Assembly (NCBI RefSeq): GCF_963921235.1
Contig: NC_086108.1
Coordinates: 10,726,001 to 10,790,000 of the forward strand
Direction of reading: 5' to 3'
DNA length: 64,000 nucleotides
From: Mobula hypostoma
Taxonomy: Eukaryota
The notes below the pieces were generated by a model that was not told the DNA's origin, did no database searches, and saw only the letters and a list, made by a program, of their open reading frames with translations. Positions 61,872 to 64,000 of this stretch are shown here, piece by piece. The position numbers and the translations under genes were made by a program. How positions within the stretch are numbered: the stretch's first letter is position 1; every line of letters starts with the position of its first letter.

Positions 61872-63045
61872 GTGTGGAGGGATATTGATGCTGTATATCA
61901 CCTGTACTGACTCTGCCCTGGGAGTGTGTGATCGGACAGTGTAGAGGGAGTTTGATACTGTATATAACCGGTACTGACTCTGCCCTGGGGGTGTGTGATC
62001 GAACAGTGTGGAGGGAGATTGATGCTGTATATCACCTGTACTGACTCTGCCCTGGGAGTGTGTGATCGGACAGTGCGGAGGGAGTTTGATACTGTATATC
62101 ACCTGTGCTGACTCTGCCCTGGGAGTGTGTGATCGGACAGTGCGGAGGGAGTTTGATACTGTATATCACCTGTACTGACTCTGCCCTGGGGGTGTGTGAT
62201 CGAACAGTGTGGAGGGAGTTTGATACTGTATATAACCGGTACTGTCTCTGCCCTGGGAGTGTGTGATCGGACAGTGCGGAGGGAGTTTGATACTGTATAT
62301 CACCTGTACTGACTCTGCCCTGGGAGTGTGATCGGACAGTGCGGAGGGAGTTTGATGCTGTATATCACCTGTACTGACTCTGCCCTGGGGGTGTGTGATC
62401 GAACAGTGTGGAGGGAGATTGATGCTGTATATCACCTGTACTGACTCTGCCCTGGGAGTGTGTAATCGGACAGTGCGGAGGGAGTTTGATACTGTATATC
62501 ACCTGTACTGACTCTGCCCTGGGAGTGTGTGATCGGACAGTGTGGAGGGAGTTTGATGCTGTATATAACCGGTACTGTCTCTGCCCTGGGGGTGTGTGAT
62601 CGGACAGTGCGGAGGGAGTTTGATACTGTATATCACCTGTACTGACTCTGCCCTGGGAGTGTGTGATCGGACAGTGCGGAGGGAGTTTGATACTGTATAT
62701 CACCTGTGCTGACTCTGCCCTGGGAGTGTGTGATCGGACAGTGCGGAGGGAGTTTGATGCTGTATATCACCTGTGCTGACTCTGCCCTGGGAGTGTGTGA
62801 TCGGACAGTGCGGAGGGAGTTTGATACTGTATATAACCGGTACTGACTCTGCCTTGAGAGTGTGTGATGGGAGCGTATAGAGGGAGATTTCTATTGTATT
62901 TAACATATACAGTCCCCACCCTGTGAACGGTTGATCAGACAGTGCAGACGGAGTTCGATACTATATATAGCTAGTTCTGTCCCTGCTCCTGGGCGTGTGA
63001 GATCCGACAATGTTGACAGAGTTTGATACTGTACATAGCATGCAT
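61872..63045. repeat. 67-bp satellite, right array (about 17 units)
   Basis: atactgtatatcacctgtactgactctgccctgggagtgtgtgatcggacagtgcggagggagtttg. Confidence 0.95.
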
Positions 63046-63849
63046 TGTCCCTGTCCTGGTTGTGTGTTATGAGACAATTCAAAGTAACCTTGCTTTATAT
63101 CTTACCTGTGCTGTCCCCACTCTGCAAGAGTTTAATGCTGACTCTGGTTTGGAAAACTGTTCCAACCCCCAGCACTCTCATCGCTCACCTTTATGAGAGC
63201 ACACCAGCCATAAATGTCGGCAGTTGTGGTGCAGAGGATTCACTTATTATTCTGATAGATCTTTTCTTTTTGTGTCGATTCATCAGTTCTGAATAACTCC
63301 AGTCGCTGCACATCGCACTGTCATTAGCACGCCAATACTTTGTACTCTATCTGCCTCAGGACAACACTGAGTACAAGAGGACGTTGTAATGACAGACTCG
63401 GAGAACTGACAATCAACAGGATTATTCAGGAACTTAGGTCAGACGGGGAAATGAACAGTCAATGTTTCAGATCGGGACTGAAAGATAGGGGGAAGATTGC
63501 TGGTAGAAAATGATGAAGGGAGTGGATGGGACAGGTGATAGGTGGATGCAAAATTGGATTTGATTCCGAGTTTGAGGAGATTTGGTGTGTCACCAAAGAC
63601 ACTCACAAATGTCTACAGATGTACCATGGAGAGCAATCTAACCGGCTGTGTCAACATCAGAGACTGGGAGATGGTAGTCTACGAGGTAGCATTGAATCCA
63701 TATTTTATTACAAGTTAGAAGGGAGCCAGTTGGTATCTTGGAGCACACCAGCATTGCCATACATTTTGTCCACCATCTGCTTCCCTGGGAAAAAATTTCT
63801 CTCGCGTGTCCATTAACAGCCACACGATTCTTTAGCCACCCACGCATTG

Positions 63850-64000
63850 GGAGTATTGGGAGCATTGCCCCGTGGCTTATTAACCTGGCCTGATGATAAT
63901 TGGGAGCACCCAGGGAAACCTCAGGGGTGACAGGGGGAACGTGCAAACTCCACACAGACAGAGACTGAGACAGGATCAAACACAGAACTCCGGAACTGTG
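63850..64000 (-). mobile_element. V-SINE (HE1-like) fragment
   Basis: gtggagtttgcacgttcccc.ctgtc.. V-domain on the minus strand. Confidence 0.65.

Noticed and set aside
56570..63045. CRISPR-like array
   Set aside because: Contiguous tandem units with no unique spacers, no cas genes, eukaryotic context
63100..63368. Possible minus-strand exon (AG acceptor near 63368, CAG|GTAAG near 63105)
   Set aside because: All three frames contain stops and no homology was recognised; a non-coding exon cannot be excluded

Overview
Repeat-rich vertebrate genomic DNA, most likely from a cartilaginous fish (shark or ray). This is inferred from HE1/V-SINE-like SINEs, abundant CR1 and Rex-Babar LINEs and Penelope-like elements. 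One host gene is evident: a ~1.4-kb first coding exon (36932-38339, +) of an LRFN/SALM synaptic adhesion gene, closest to LRFN1/LRFN1-like. It encodes signal peptide, LRRs, LRRCT, Ig and the start of FN3; I could not find the next coding exon in the window. Most of the rest is a nested mosaic of decayed mobile elements (CR1, Rex1/Babar, RTE, Nimb/I, Tx1, Penelope-like, Gypsy LTRs, Tc1, hAT/Charlie and MITEs) plus several tandem arrays. Main observations: (i) minimal hammerhead-ribozyme motifs in Penelope-like element ends inside the LRFN intron, including a ~1.2-kb palindromic insertion; (ii) a hAT transposon that split a 67-bp satellite into two arrays that then diverged separately; (iii) a structured, ribozyme-like fold at the 5' end of RTE-derived elements; (iv) several fold-back or inversion rearrangements. 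TE family names come from recalled motifs, not database searches. TE boundaries are approximate unless a TSD or TIR is cited.
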